Below, piece after piece: positions 55,791 through 64,000 of a stretch of 64,000 nt of DNA (the stretch's first letter is position 1; each line of letters opens with the position of its first letter). The DNA comes from an uncultured Chloroflexia bacterium (GTDB taxonomy: Bacteria; Chloroflexota; Limnocylindria; QHBO01), in contig CAWEUD010000030.1 in the NCBI GenBank assembly GCA_963812115.1, positions 14,223 through 78,222 of the forward strand, written 5' to 3'. Under the pieces are notes generated by a model. That model had not been told where the DNA came from. It did no database searches and saw nothing but the letters and a program-made list of their open reading frames with translations. Both the position numbers and the translations under genes were made by a program.

Positions 55791-56908
55791 TGGACGTGCT
55801 CGCGACGGTCCTCGCCTTCTTCGGCGTCCTGGTCGTCCTGGTGCTGGTCCACGAGCTCGGCCACTTCACGGCAGCGAAGCTGGCCGGCATCACCGTGCAG
55901 GAGTTCGGCGTCTTCTTCCCGCCGCGCCTCGGCTCGGTCGTCTGGCGCGGGACACGGTACTCGATCAACACGATCCCGCTGGGCGGCTTCGTCAAGATGC
56001 TGGGCGAGGATGGCGAGGGCGAGGCCGACAAGCTCCGTGAGCAGGGCCTCTCCGAGGCCGCGGTGGAGCGCACGATGGCCGGCGCCTTCAACCGCAAGCC
56101 GATCTGGGTCCGCGTGGCCGTCCTGCTGGCGGGCGTCCTCATGAACTTCCTGCTCGCCGGCGTCCTCTTCGCGATCGCCCTGTCCATGCCCATCCCGCAG
56201 GGGCGCGGACCGCTGACGGTGACCGACATCCAGGCCGGCAGCCCCGCGGCGCAGCAGCTGCAGTTGGGGGATCGCATCCTGGCGGCGGATGGCCAGTCCT
56301 TCGACGTCTCGAGCGATCTGACCACGTACGTGCGAGCGCATGCCGGCGAGGAGGTCGCGCTGCGGATCGAACGCGGGGGGATCGAGCGAGAGGTGACCGT
56401 GACGCCCCGGCCCGAGGACGAGCTGGCACCCGGCGAAGGGCCGGTCGGCTTCAGCTATGTGCCGGAGCGCTACGTAGAAGTGCCCTCGGAGGTGTCCAAC
56501 CCGATCGAGGCCACGCGCCGGGGCTTCTCCGAGGCCGGCAACCTCGCCTACCAGATCCCGGGGGGCCTGGCCGATGCCGTGGGCGGCCTGCTCGGCCTCA
56601 ATCCAGAAGGCGGCGGGGCGGTGGGTCCGATCGGGATCGCCGAGGAAACGGGACGCATGCTCCAGGCACCCCTCGTCAGCCAGCTCTTCTTCATGGGGAT
56701 CCTGTCGATCAACCTCGCCGTCCTCAACGTGCTGCCCTTCCCGCCGCTCGACGGTGGCCGCATCGCCGTGGTCCTGCTCGAGGGTGCTCGCCGCCGCCGG
56801 CTCCCCGCCGAACGCGAGGCGTTGATCTACCTGACCGGGTTCATGGTGCTGATCGTGCTGGTGATCCTCATCTCGATCCAGGACGTCCAGAGCCTGATCG
56901 AGGGCTGA
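55790..56908 (+). CDS. rseP: Site-2 (RIP) zinc metalloprotease RseP/YluC
   Basis: HELGHF zinc motif, PDZ-like middle domain, C-terminal NLLPFPPLDGG motif. Confidence 0.9.
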   Translation: MDVLATVLAFFGVLVVLVLVHELGHFTAAKLAGITVQEFGVFFPPRLGSVVWRGTRYSINTIPLGGFVKMLGEDGEGEADKLREQGLSEAAVERTMAGAFNRKPIWVRVAVLLAGVLMNFLLAGVLFAIALSMPIPQGRGPLTVTDIQAGSPAAQQLQLGDRILAADGQSFDVSSDLTTYVRAHAGEEVALRIERGGIEREVTVTPRPEDELAPGEGPVGFSYVPERYVEVPSEVSNPIEATRRGFSEAGNLAYQIPGGLADAVGGLLGLNPEGGGAVGPIGIAEETGRMLQAPLVSQLFFMGILSINLAVLNVLPFPPLDGGRIAVVLLEGARRRRLPAEREALIYLTGFMVLIVLVILISIQDVQSLIEG

Positions 56909-56911
56909 GGG

Positions 56912-57379
56912 TCAGCGGCCGAACACGCGCTCGCTGGCCAGCGGCCCGCGCGGAGCCGTGGCGAGCGCCTCCTTGATCTCACCCCGGAAGCGGATGCCAC
57001 TCGAATGGCGGGAGAGCCAGCGGAGGTAGTCGGGATCCTGCCGCGCAACGGTCGCGATCGTCCAGCCGCGGTAGCGCCCGAAGTCGATGGCTCCCGGGCG
57101 TGCCTGCTCGGCCGGCGTGGCGGGTCGTGAGGGAGGCGTCATCACCGACGCCGGAGCTACGCCAGCACGGCGTTCCATGTCGTAGCTCGCGCGGCGCGCG
57201 GCGGTCCGCAGCTTGGCGTACGCGGCGTTGAGCTCGGCCATGCGGCGGTTTGCGGCGACCGATTCTCCATCGTGGTCGGGATGGAGGAGTGATGCCAGCA
57301 CGCGGTACGCCGCCTGGATGACGAGCTGGTGTGCATCGGGCTGCACGGTGAGAACGACGTACGCGTCGCGGTCGGTCAT
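56912..57379 (-). CDS. J-domain protein with C-terminal DUF3820-like segment
   Basis: DAYVVLTV...IQAAYRVLASLLHPDHDG (HPD tripeptide). C-terminal FGRYRGWTIATVARQDPDYLRWL resembles DUF3820 from memory. I chose ATG 57379. Confidence 0.6.
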   Translation of the reverse strand: MTDRDAYVVLTVQPDAHQLVIQAAYRVLASLLHPDHDGESVAANRRMAELNAAYAKLRTAARRASYDMERRAGVAPASVMTPPSRPATPAEQARPGAIDFGRYRGWTIATVARQDPDYLRWLSRHSSGIRFRGEIKEALATAPRGPLASERVFGR

Positions 57380-57440
57380 ATCAGCACCAGTGTCCGGGGG
57401 TGGGGTTGGGAATGGTATCGCCTGAAAGTACCCGCCGTCC

Positions 57441-57488
57441 CTCGGGCGCACGGCTTGACACGAGACCACCCGCGGGACCCGTGACCGG
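57441..57488. repeat. Copy A of a roughly 48-nt imperfect direct repeat (part of element R2a)
   Basis: CTCGGGCGCACGGCTTGACACGAGACCACCCGCGGGACCCGTGACCGG. Aligns with 57862-57909 apart from a few substitutions and small indels. Confidence 0.7.
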
Positions 57489-57861
57489 CGCGCCTGGGCC
57501 CGCGAACTCGAATTGACGTCCGGCGAACGGCAGCTGACCTACGCCGTCGACATCGGCGATGGCTTGGCCCTTGACGCCAAACGCCCTGACGAGCCTTGGG
57601 CACGCCGCCACCCATCGCTGTGGAAGAAGCGTGGAAAGCCGGCCGATGCGCGCACGCAACGTGTGGAAAAGTACCTTGGCGCCTGCCACGGCCGTCGCGT
57701 AGGCTGATGGCTCGGCGGGCGCCGGAGAAACAGCCCGACCGATCACCGGAGGTGACACCGGGGCGAACGCTCGAGGTGGCACCCGATCCAGGCCAACAAC
57801 GTACCGAAGCGCCGGGTTGGCCGGCAACGCGGTACAACACCCGACCCGCTGGCGGCAACGC

Positions 57862-57909
57862 CTCGGGCACGGGGCTGGACACGGGACCATCCGCGGGACT
57901 CGTCACCGG
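57862..57909. repeat. Copy B of the roughly 48-nt imperfect direct repeat (part of element R2b)
   Basis: CTCGGGCACGGGGCTGGACACGGGACCATCCGCGGGACTCGTCACCGG, about 420 nt downstream of copy A in the same orientation. Confidence 0.7.
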
Positions 57910-58029
57910 ACCATTCACCGGAGTCGGCGCGGGAGTTACTCCGGCCTTCGCCGCTTTTCATGCCGAGTCGATGGCGCTGTCGAGCTCTCGCTTCCGGTGC
58001 TGAGACCGCATCCCAGCCACCCCCCGCCC

Positions 58030-58058
58030 CTGACGATTGGGGCACCGGCTGGTATACT
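58030..58058 (+). promoter_or_regulatory. Candidate promoter of the nusA operon (CTGACG-N17-TGgTATACT)
   Basis: Hexamers at 58030-58035 and 58053-58058, with an extended -10 TG at 58050-58051. Confidence 0.45.
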
Positions 58059-58110
58059 CCGGGACGGTTTCGCCGACCGAGTGCGAGCCGAATCGATACT
58101 GACTAGGGAA

Positions 58111-58149
58111 GACGTGGGTCGGTTCGCCAGTCCCACGTTTTTGTTTCTG
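58111..58149 (+). terminator. Intrinsic-terminator-like hairpin in the nusA leader (attenuator candidate)
   Basis: Stem ACGTGGG/CCCACGT (58112-58118/58132-58138) with a 13-nt loop, followed by TTTTTGTTTCT. Lies between the candidate promoter and the nusA SD. Confidence 0.55.
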
Positions 58150-58173
58150 CCCGAAAGGGCGCGAGGTGCGCAC

Positions 58174-59301
58174 GTGAATCGAGACTTCATCGGAGCTCTG
58201 CTCCAGTTGAACGCCGAGAAAGGCGTGCCGCAGGAGATCCTCATCCAGACGCTCGAGCAGGCCATCGAGTCGGCCTACCGGCGCAATGCGGACGCACCCG
58301 AAAACGTGGTCGTCAAGGTCGACTCCGAATCGGGTCAGATCAGCGTCTACCGCGAGTACGAGGTGGTCGCCACCGAGGACGAGATCGAGGATCCGGAGCT
58401 GCAGAAGGTGGTCGCCGAGGCGCAGAAGATCGACTCGTCGACCGGCGTCGGTGGGAAGGTCCGCGTCCCGGAGAACGTGACGCAGGCCCAGCTGGGCCGC
58501 ATCGCGGCCCAGACTGCGGGCCAGGTCTACCGGCAGCGGCTCCGAGAGGCTGAGCGCGACGTCGTGTACAGCCAGTACGCGTCGCGCGAGGGCGAGATCA
58601 TGACCGGGGTGGTGCATCGCACCACCGACCAGGCCGTGGTGCTCGACATGGGCAAGGGCGTCGAGGCGGTGCTTGCCGTCACGGAGCAGCTGCCCGGGGA
58701 GCACTACCGCATCGGCCAGCACCTGAAGGTCTACGTCCTCGAAGTCCGCCGGACGGCCCGCGGTCCCGTGCTCGTCGTGAGCCGGACGCATCGCGGTTTC
58801 CTGCGCCGCCTGATGGAGATGGAGATCCCCGAGATCTACAACGGGACGGTCGTCATTCGCGGCATCGCAAGGGAGGCGGGCAGCCGCTCGAAGGTGGCGG
58901 TCGAGAGCCGGCAGCCGGGCGTCGATGCCAAGGGCGCCGCGGTCGGCCAGCGAGGCGCGCGGATCCAGGCGATCGTGGCCGAGCTGAACGGCGAGAAGGT
59001 CGACATCGTGCTCTGGGACGAGGATCCGGGAAGCTACGTGGCCGAGGCGCTCTCACCGGCCGAGGTGCTGAGCGTCCGCGTGGACGAAGAGCACAAGATC
59101 GCCAACGTGATCGTCCCGGAGCGGCAGCTGTCGCTGGCCATCGGCAAGGAGGGCCAGAATGCCCGCCTTGCTGCCAAGCTGACCGGCTGGCGCATCGATA
59201 TCCGGTCGGAGGTGGGCGTGGCCGCGGCCTCGCATGACGAGCCCGGGGCGGCCACGGAGGACGCCGAGGAGGCGCCGGCCGATGCCGAAGCGACGACCTG
59301 A
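58174..59301 (+). CDS. nusA: Transcription termination/antitermination factor NusA
   Basis: [20 protein letters not shown]...LE.A...AY, S1 domain (GEIMTGVV), two KH domains (...[18 protein letters not shown]...). GTG 58174 lies 7 nt after GAGG. The ORF is open from 57817. Confidence 0.93.
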   Translation: MNRDFIGALLQLNAEKGVPQEILIQTLEQAIESAYRRNADAPENVVVKVDSESGQISVYREYEVVATEDEIEDPELQKVVAEAQKIDSSTGVGGKVRVPENVTQAQLGRIAAQTAGQVYRQRLREAERDVVYSQYASREGEIMTGVVHRTTDQAVVLDMGKGVEAVLAVTEQLPGEHYRIGQHLKVYVLEVRRTARGPVLVVSRTHRGFLRRLMEMEIPEIYNGTVVIRGIAREAGSRSKVAVESRQPGVDAKGAAVGQRGARIQAIVAELNGEKVDIVLWDEDPGSYVAEALSPAEVLSVRVDEEHKIANVIVPERQLSLAIGKEGQNARLAAKLTGWRIDIRSEVGVAAASHDEPGAATEDAEEAPADAEATT

Positions 59302-59311
59302 TCACATTCCG

Positions 59312-59554
59312 ATGCGCACCTGCGCGGCCTGCCGCCAGGTGCGCCCCAAGCGATCGCTGACCCGCATCGTCCGAGCCGCGGACGGCACGGCTGCGATCGA
59401 CTCGACCGGCAAGGCTGCCGGCCGGGGAACGTACATATGCGATGACCCTGCCTGCCGGGAGCCGCGACGCCTGGCCCAGGCAGTCAACCGAGCGCTCGGC
59501 GCGGCCGTGGAGCCGGGGACGCTCCGGATCGAGGTGATGGATGCCGCCACGTAG
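59312..59554 (+). CDS. ylxR: YlxR/DUF448 family RNA-binding protein
   Basis: [20 protein letters not shown]......D..GK..GRG.Y.C. Conserved position between nusA and infB. Confidence 0.85.
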   Translation: MRTCAACRQVRPKRSLTRIVRAADGTAAIDSTGKAAGRGTYICDDPACREPRRLAQAVNRALGAAVEPGTLRIEVMDAAT

Positions 59555-61436
59555 ATACCAGCAACGACGGGGCCCACGGCCCCAGCGACGACGCAACACG
59601 CAGGCAGCCGTGATAGAGGCCCCGCCGAAGCCGACCGGCCCGGTCGAGCTGCCCGCGTCGGTGTCGGTCAAGGACCTGGCCACGGCGCTGGTGGTGAGCA
59701 ACGCCGACGTCATCAAGGAGCTCATCCGGAACGGCATCTTCGCCACCGTCAACCAGACCATCGATTTCGACACCGCGTCGCTGGTCGCGGCCGAGCTGGG
59801 GTACGAGGTCAAGCCGGTCGGAGCGCCGGACGTCGCGTCCGACGAGGCCGCCGCAGCTGCGGAGGTGGGAGCGCCTGCCGCCGAACGCACCGATGGCAGT
59901 GGCAAGCCGCAGCTCTTCAGCGAGGACGAGGCGGATGACCTCGTCACCCGTGCCCCGATCGTGACGATCATGGGCCACGTCGACCACGGCAAGACCAGCC
60001 TGCTGGATGCCATTCGCTCCACCGCTGTCGCGGCGGGGGAGCGGGGTGGCATCACCCAGCACATCGGCGCCTCCGAGGTCGTGCACAACGACAAGCGCAT
60101 CGTCTTCCTCGACACGCCCGGCCACGAGGCCTTCACCGCCATGCGCGCCCGCGGCGCGCAGGTCACCGACATCGCCATCATCGTGGTGGCTGCCGACGAC
60201 GGCGTGATGCCGCAGACCCGGGAGGCGATCGACCACGTCCGTGCCGCGCGGGTCCCGATGATCGTGGCCATCAACAAGGTCGACAAGGCCGATGCGAATC
60301 CCGATCGCGTGAAGCAGGAGCTCGCGGAGATCGGCGTCATGATCGAGGAGTACGGCGGCGACGTCATCGCCGTTCCCGTCTCCGCCAAGCAGCGCACCGG
60401 CCTCGACGACGTGATGGAGATGGTCCTGCTGGTGGCCGACATCCAGGACCTGAAGGCGAATCCCTCGCGACCTGCGGTGGGCACCATCATCGAGTCGAAG
60501 GTCGAGAAGGGGCGCGGCAACGTGGCGACGGTGCTGGTCCAGACTGGCACGCTGCGCGTCGGCGACATCGTCGCCGCGGGACGGACGCACGGACGCGTCC
60601 GCGCCCTGCAGAACGCCGCCGGGAAGCGCGTCAAGCTGGCGGAGCCGGCGACGGCCGTGGAGATCATCGGCCTCGGCGACCTGCCCGAAGCCGGCGACAT
60701 CCTGCGCGTGGTGGCCGACGAGAAGGCGGCCCGCGACATGGCCGAGGCGAACGGGCGAACCATGGGCGGCGGGGACGGCAAGAGCGCCTTCACGCTCGAG
60801 GACATCTCGGCGCAGATCCAGGCATCCGAGGTCAAGGAACTGCGCGTGGTCCTCAAGACCGATGTGCAGGGCTCGCTGGGAGCCATCCGCCACGCGCTGG
60901 AGGGGCTGAACACCGACCAGGCTCGGATCAGCATCCTGCGTGAGGGCGCGGGCGACATCAACGAGTCCGACGTCCTCCTGGCCTCGGCCTCGGATGCGGT
61001 CGTCATCGGCTTCAACACCCGCCTCGATCCCGGTGCGCAGCGCCAGATGGACACGACCGGCGTCGACGTGCGGCTCTACGACGTCATCTACAAGCTGACC
61101 GAGGACGTCGGCGATGCCCTCAAGGGCATGCTCGCCCCGAAGCTGGTGGAGAAGGTCGAGGGTCACGCCGAGGTCCGCATGGTGATCAAGGCGGGACGCG
61201 CCGGGAACGTGGCTGGCTCGTACGTCACCGACGGTCGCATCATCCGCGGTGGCCAGGTCAGGCTCTTCCGGGGTGGCTCGCAGGTGGCCGATGGCCGCAT
61301 CGAGTCGCTGAAGCGCTTCAAGGACGACGTCCGCGAGGTGGCAACCGGGTACGAATGCGGCATTGGCCTCTCGATCGACGAGATCGCCGAGGGCGACGTG
61401 ATCGAGTGCTTCCAGATGGTCTCCGAGCCGGCCTGA
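59541..61436 (+). CDS. infB: Translation initiation factor IF-2
   Basis: G domain [34 protein letters not shown]-terminal domains. 631 aa. Confidence 0.97.
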   Translation: MPPRRYQQRRGPRPQRRRNTQAAVIEAPPKPTGPVELPASVSVKDLATALVVSNADVIKELIRNGIFATVNQTIDFDTASLVAAELGYEVKPVGAPDVASDEAAAAAEVGAPAAERTDGSGKPQLFSEDEADDLVTRAPIVTIMGHVDHGKTSLLDAIRSTAVAAGERGGITQHIGASEVVHNDKRIVFLDTPGHEAFTAMRARGAQVTDIAIIVVAADDGVMPQTREAIDHVRAARVPMIVAINKVDKADANPDRVKQELAEIGVMIEEYGGDVIAVPVSAKQRTGLDDVMEMVLLVADIQDLKANPSRPAVGTIIESKVEKGRGNVATVLVQTGTLRVGDIVAAGRTHGRVRALQNAAGKRVKLAEPATAVEIIGLGDLPEAGDILRVVADEKAARDMAEANGRTMGGGDGKSAFTLEDISAQIQASEVKELRVVLKTDVQGSLGAIRHALEGLNTDQARISILREGAGDINESDVLLASASDAVVIGFNTRLDPGAQRQMDTTGVDVRLYDVIYKLTEDVGDALKGMLAPKLVEKVEGHAEVRMVIKAGRAGNVAGSYVTDGRIIRGGQVRLFRGGSQVADGRIESLKRFKDDVREVATGYECGIGLSIDEIAEGDVIECFQMVSEPA

Positions 61437-61443
61437 GCGTCGG

Positions 61444-61809
61444 ATGAGCCAGCGCACCGATCGCCTGGACAGCCAGATCCAGCAGGAGCTCATGGAGCTG
61501 CTGCAGCGCGAGATGAAGGATCCGCGCCTCGGGTTCGCCACCATCACGCGCGTCGAAACGGCGCGTGACCTGGGGCATGCCCGGGTCTGGGTCAGCGTGC
61601 TCGGCAGCGATGAGGAGCGCGATCGCTCTCTCCGGGCCCTGCGCGACGCGGCGCCCTGGCTGCGGAAGCGACTCGGCGAGCGTCTGCGCATTCGCCAGGT
61701 GCCGGAGCTGAGCGTGCGTGCGGACGACTCGATCGAGACCGGTGATCGCGTGCTCCGCATCCTGCGCGACCTGCAAGAGGAACGCGGAGAGGGCGAGGCG
61801 GACGCGTGA
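61444..61809 (+). CDS. rbfA: Ribosome-binding factor A
   Basis: R..R....I..EL..LL.REMKDPRLGF.TIT.VE...DL..A.V.VSV.G. Follows infB. Confidence 0.93.
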   Translation: MSQRTDRLDSQIQQELMELLQREMKDPRLGFATITRVETARDLGHARVWVSVLGSDEERDRSLRALRDAAPWLRKRLGERLRIRQVPELSVRADDSIETGDRVLRILRDLQEERGEGEADA

Positions 61810-62783
61810 GGGAGGTCGTCGAGGCCCTGCAGCGCGCGAAGCGCGTGACGGCGATCTGCCACGAGAATCCCGACGGCGACACGCTCGGCGCCGCCATCGC
61901 CATCGCCATTGCCGCCGAGCGGCTCGGGAAGGAGTCCGAGGTGGTCTCCGGCGATGTTCCGCCGCCCTTCCTCGCGGTCCTGCCGCGCATCGAACGCGTG
62001 CGGCGGGCGCCGCAGCTCGAGCCCGACCTTGCGGTGGTGGTCGACGCAGGCGACCTGGCCCGCACCGGCTCGGTGGCCGCGGAACATGGCGACTGGCTCG
62101 ATCGTGCCCTCATCGCCAACATCGATCATCACGTCTCGAACCCTCGCTTCGGCGCGGTCAACTGGGTGGACCCGCAGGCGGCGGCAACCTGCGAGATGGT
62201 CGCGCTGCTGCTGCCCGAGCTCGGAGTGGAGATCGACGCCGAGCTGGCGACCGCCCTGATGACGGGGATCGTGCAGGACACGCACACGTTCGCCCATCCG
62301 AACGCCACGCCACGGACCCTGCGGGTGGCGGCGTCCCTGGTGGAGGCGGGTGCGCCCCTCTCTCGCCTGAACCGTGCCGTCTATGCCGACAAGCCGTTCA
62401 GCACGCTCTTCCTGTGGGGGCAGATGCTGGCGTCGATCGGGCAGCGCCGCGAGGGCCGCATCGTCCACGCCTCGATGACCGAGGCCATGCTGCGCCAAGC
62501 CGGCGAGCAGCCGACCGCGTCGGAGGGGTTCGTCGACCTGCTGGGGAGCACCCGCGCCGCGGACGTCACGGTGCTATTCAAGGAGGCGGCACCGGCCAGC
62601 ACGCGGGTCAGCGTGCGAACCACCGAGCGGGCCGATGCGGTGGCCATCACCGGCGCGTTCGGGGGCGGCGGGCACGCGCGGGCAGCCGGCTGCACGCTCG
62701 AGGCCACCATCGACGAGGCACGAGAGCGCGTGCTGGCTGAGTGCGAACGCGAGCTTGACCGGGCCGATGCTCGGGGTCGTTAA
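61806..62783 (+). CDS. nrnA: DHH/DHHA1 phosphoesterase (NrnA-like oligoribonuclease/pAp phosphatase)
   Basis: CHENPDGDTLGAA, VVDAGD, NIDHH, and GGGHARAAG in the DHHA1 domain. GTG overlaps the rbfA stop. Confidence 0.85.
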   Translation: MREVVEALQRAKRVTAICHENPDGDTLGAAIAIAIAAERLGKESEVVSGDVPPPFLAVLPRIERVRRAPQLEPDLAVVVDAGDLARTGSVAAEHGDWLDRALIANIDHHVSNPRFGAVNWVDPQAAATCEMVALLLPELGVEIDAELATALMTGIVQDTHTFAHPNATPRTLRVAASLVEAGAPLSRLNRAVYADKPFSTLFLWGQMLASIGQRREGRIVHASMTEAMLRQAGEQPTASEGFVDLLGSTRAADVTVLFKEAAPASTRVSVRTTERADAVAITGAFGGGGHARAAGCTLEATIDEARERVLAECERELDRADARGR

Positions 62784-63657
62784 CCTCGACAAACCCGTTG
62801 GACCGACCTCCCACGACATGGTCGGCCTGATGCGACGGCTGACCGGGACGCGACGGATCGGACACGCCGGCACGCTGGATCCGCTTGCCTCCGGCGTCCT
62901 GCCCATCCTCGTCGGCGCCGCGACGCGCTTCAGCGAGGAGCTCACCGGGGGGCGCAAGCGGTACGAAGCCGTGGTCCGCCTTGGCTTTCGCTCCGCGACG
63001 GACGACGCCGAAGGGCCCCTGCGCGGCGGATCCGGTCCGCTGCCGGACGAGGCGCAAGTCAGGGAGGCGTTGGGCGATTTCATCGGGACGTTTCCCCAGC
63101 AGCCACCGGCATTCTCTGCCCGAAAGCAGGGCGGGCAGACGGCACACCGCGCGGCGCGCGCCGGCACGCCGCTCGACGTGCCGCCTCGCACGGTGACCAT
63201 CGATGCCATCGACGTGCTGGCCGTCGTGCCCGGAGAAGGTTCGCTCGACGTTCGGCTGGACGTGCGCTGTGGACCAGGGACCTACATCCGCTCACTGGCC
63301 CGCGACCTCGGCGACGCGCTGGGCTGTGGCGGCTACCTCGCCTCGCTGCGGCGGACGGCGGCGGGCGGACTCTCGGCCGACGACGCGGTGCCGCCCGAAA
63401 CGCTCGAGCGGCTGGCGGCGGCGGGGCGCCTCTCCGAGGCGATCCGCCCCGTGGCGCCGCTGCTGGCCATGCCGCGCGTGGTCCTCGCCGACGCCGAGGC
63501 GCGCCAGTTCTGCCACGGCTCGCTGGTGAGGCTCGGCCGGTCGTCCGCCGACGGGCGGCAGGCGGTCTTTCGTGGCGACGAGCTGCTCGGCATCGGTACG
63601 GTCCACGCGGGCCTGCTCAAGCCGGACAAGGTGATCGCCGCGGGAGGGCCGGCGTGA
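62767..63657 (+). CDS. truB: tRNA pseudouridine55 synthase
   Basis: GVVNLDKPVGPTSHD.V...R......R.GHAGTLDP.ASGVLPI..G.AT. I chose ATG 62767. Confidence 0.93.
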   Translation: MLGVVNLDKPVGPTSHDMVGLMRRLTGTRRIGHAGTLDPLASGVLPILVGAATRFSEELTGGRKRYEAVVRLGFRSATDDAEGPLRGGSGPLPDEAQVREALGDFIGTFPQQPPAFSARKQGGQTAHRAARAGTPLDVPPRTVTIDAIDVLAVVPGEGSLDVRLDVRCGPGTYIRSLARDLGDALGCGGYLASLRRTAAGGLSADDAVPPETLERLAAAGRLSEAIRPVAPLLAMPRVVLADAEARQFCHGSLVRLGRSSADGRQAVFRGDELLGIGTVHAGLLKPDKVIAAGGPA

Positions 63658-64000
63658 ACCAGCAGCGGGTTCCGCTGGGCATCGAGCACCTGCCGACGGT
63701 AGGCCCCGTCGTCGTCTGCCTCGGCGTCTTCGATGGCGTCCACGCCGGTCACGCCGCGATGCTGCGGGCGGCGCGCGACGAGGCAGCGAGGCGCGGGTTG
63801 ACCGGCGTAGCGCTCGTCTTCGACCCGCCGCCCGCCGAAGTGCTCCGTCGCGGGTCGGTGGTCCCGCGGCTCGCGCCGCTGTCGACCGTCCTGGAGCGCA
63901 TCCAGGCGGACCACGGGCTCTTGGCCATCCCGCTCCGTTTCGATGACGAGCTGCGCGCTCACTCGGCGCGCGCCTTCGTACAGGAGCTCCGTCCCGCGCT
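63654..64000 (+). CDS. ribF: Bifunctional riboflavin kinase/FAD synthetase, N-terminal part (3' end outside the window)
   Basis: VVVCLGVFDGVHAGHAAML...A........ALVFDPPP motif. GTG overlaps the truB stop (GTGA). truB-ribF synteny. Confidence 0.88.
   Translation, partial: MNQQRVPLGIEHLPTVGPVVVCLGVFDGVHAGHAAMLRAARDEAARRGLTGVALVFDPPPAEVLRRGSVVPRLAPLSTVLERIQADHGLLAIPLRFDDELRAHSARAFVQELRPA

Noticed and set aside
57470-58030. RNase P RNA, tmRNA or a frameshifted rimP hidden in the nusA upstream gap
   Set aside because: The only resemblance to the RNase P CR-I motif is GGAAAGCC. The CR-IV/V motifs are absent, as are tmRNA ends. No frame gives RimP-like sequence; one LEVAPDPG segment vaguely recalls LEVSSPG, but nothing else aligns.
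59484-62498. 1004-aa minus-strand ORF and other very long antisense or alternate-frame ORFs (e.g. 58853-61054, 50908-52608, 21656-23410, 11911-13593, 37661-39460, 39763-41208)
   Set aside because: They lie antisense to, or out of frame with, unmistakable housekeeping genes (infB, rbfA, nrnA, tsf, pyrH, priA, the glycosyltransferase, smc). Their Arg/Pro/Gly/Ala-rich low-complexity translations are typical of shadow ORFs in GC-rich DNA.

Overview
Visibly GC-rich bacterial chromosome segment. It is packed almost end to end with plus-strand housekeeping operons, many joined by overlapping stop/start codons (ATGA/GTGA).

Gene order:
- rpsF-ssb-rpsR
- ilvE
- T-box-ileS-lspA-rluD-gmk-priA
- def-fmt
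- rlmN-rpe
- dtd, rpmB (minus strand), recG-rsmD-coaD
- yceD-rpmF-plsX-nusB-acpP-rnc-smc-ftsY-ffh
- rpsP-KH-rimM-trmD, rplS-rnhB-yraN
- rpsB-tsf-pyrH-frr-uppS-cdsA-dxr-rseP
- nusA-ylxR-infB-rbfA-nrnA-truB-ribF (ribF truncated by the window end)

The first ~8 kb looks more accessory. It holds an ECF sigma/anti-sigma pair, a BNR propeller protein, tRNA-Cys, a GGDEF cyclase, a DUF1801 protein, a K+ channel, tRNA-Leu and a receiver-MinD/ParA ATPase.

I recognise no transposase, integrase, CRISPR array, defence or toxin system, and I cannot support a novel multi-gene system.

The observations that stand out:
1. Six reading-frame disruptions confined to 36.4-45.6 kb, in nusB, smc (three), ffh and rpsP. 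These are more likely consensus errors than biology, but they need checking.
2. A complete transcription-attenuating T-box leader in front of ileS.
3. An array of four hairpin-containing direct repeats between coaD and a coiled-coil protein gene.
4. A roughly 120-nt non-coding element present in three diverged copies, one abutting tRNA-Cys and two filling an unexplained 700-bp gap upstream of nusA.
5. Genes whose conserved N-termini and Shine-Dalgarno sites imply CTG or other non-canonical start codons.
6. A recurrent TATACT -10 hexamer marking operon starts.
7. Leader hairpins in front of rpsF, rplS and nusA.

Many long ORFs in the supplied track are alternate-frame or antisense shadows typical of high-GC DNA and were not called. 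All calls come from reading the sequence and from remembered family signatures. No searches were run.
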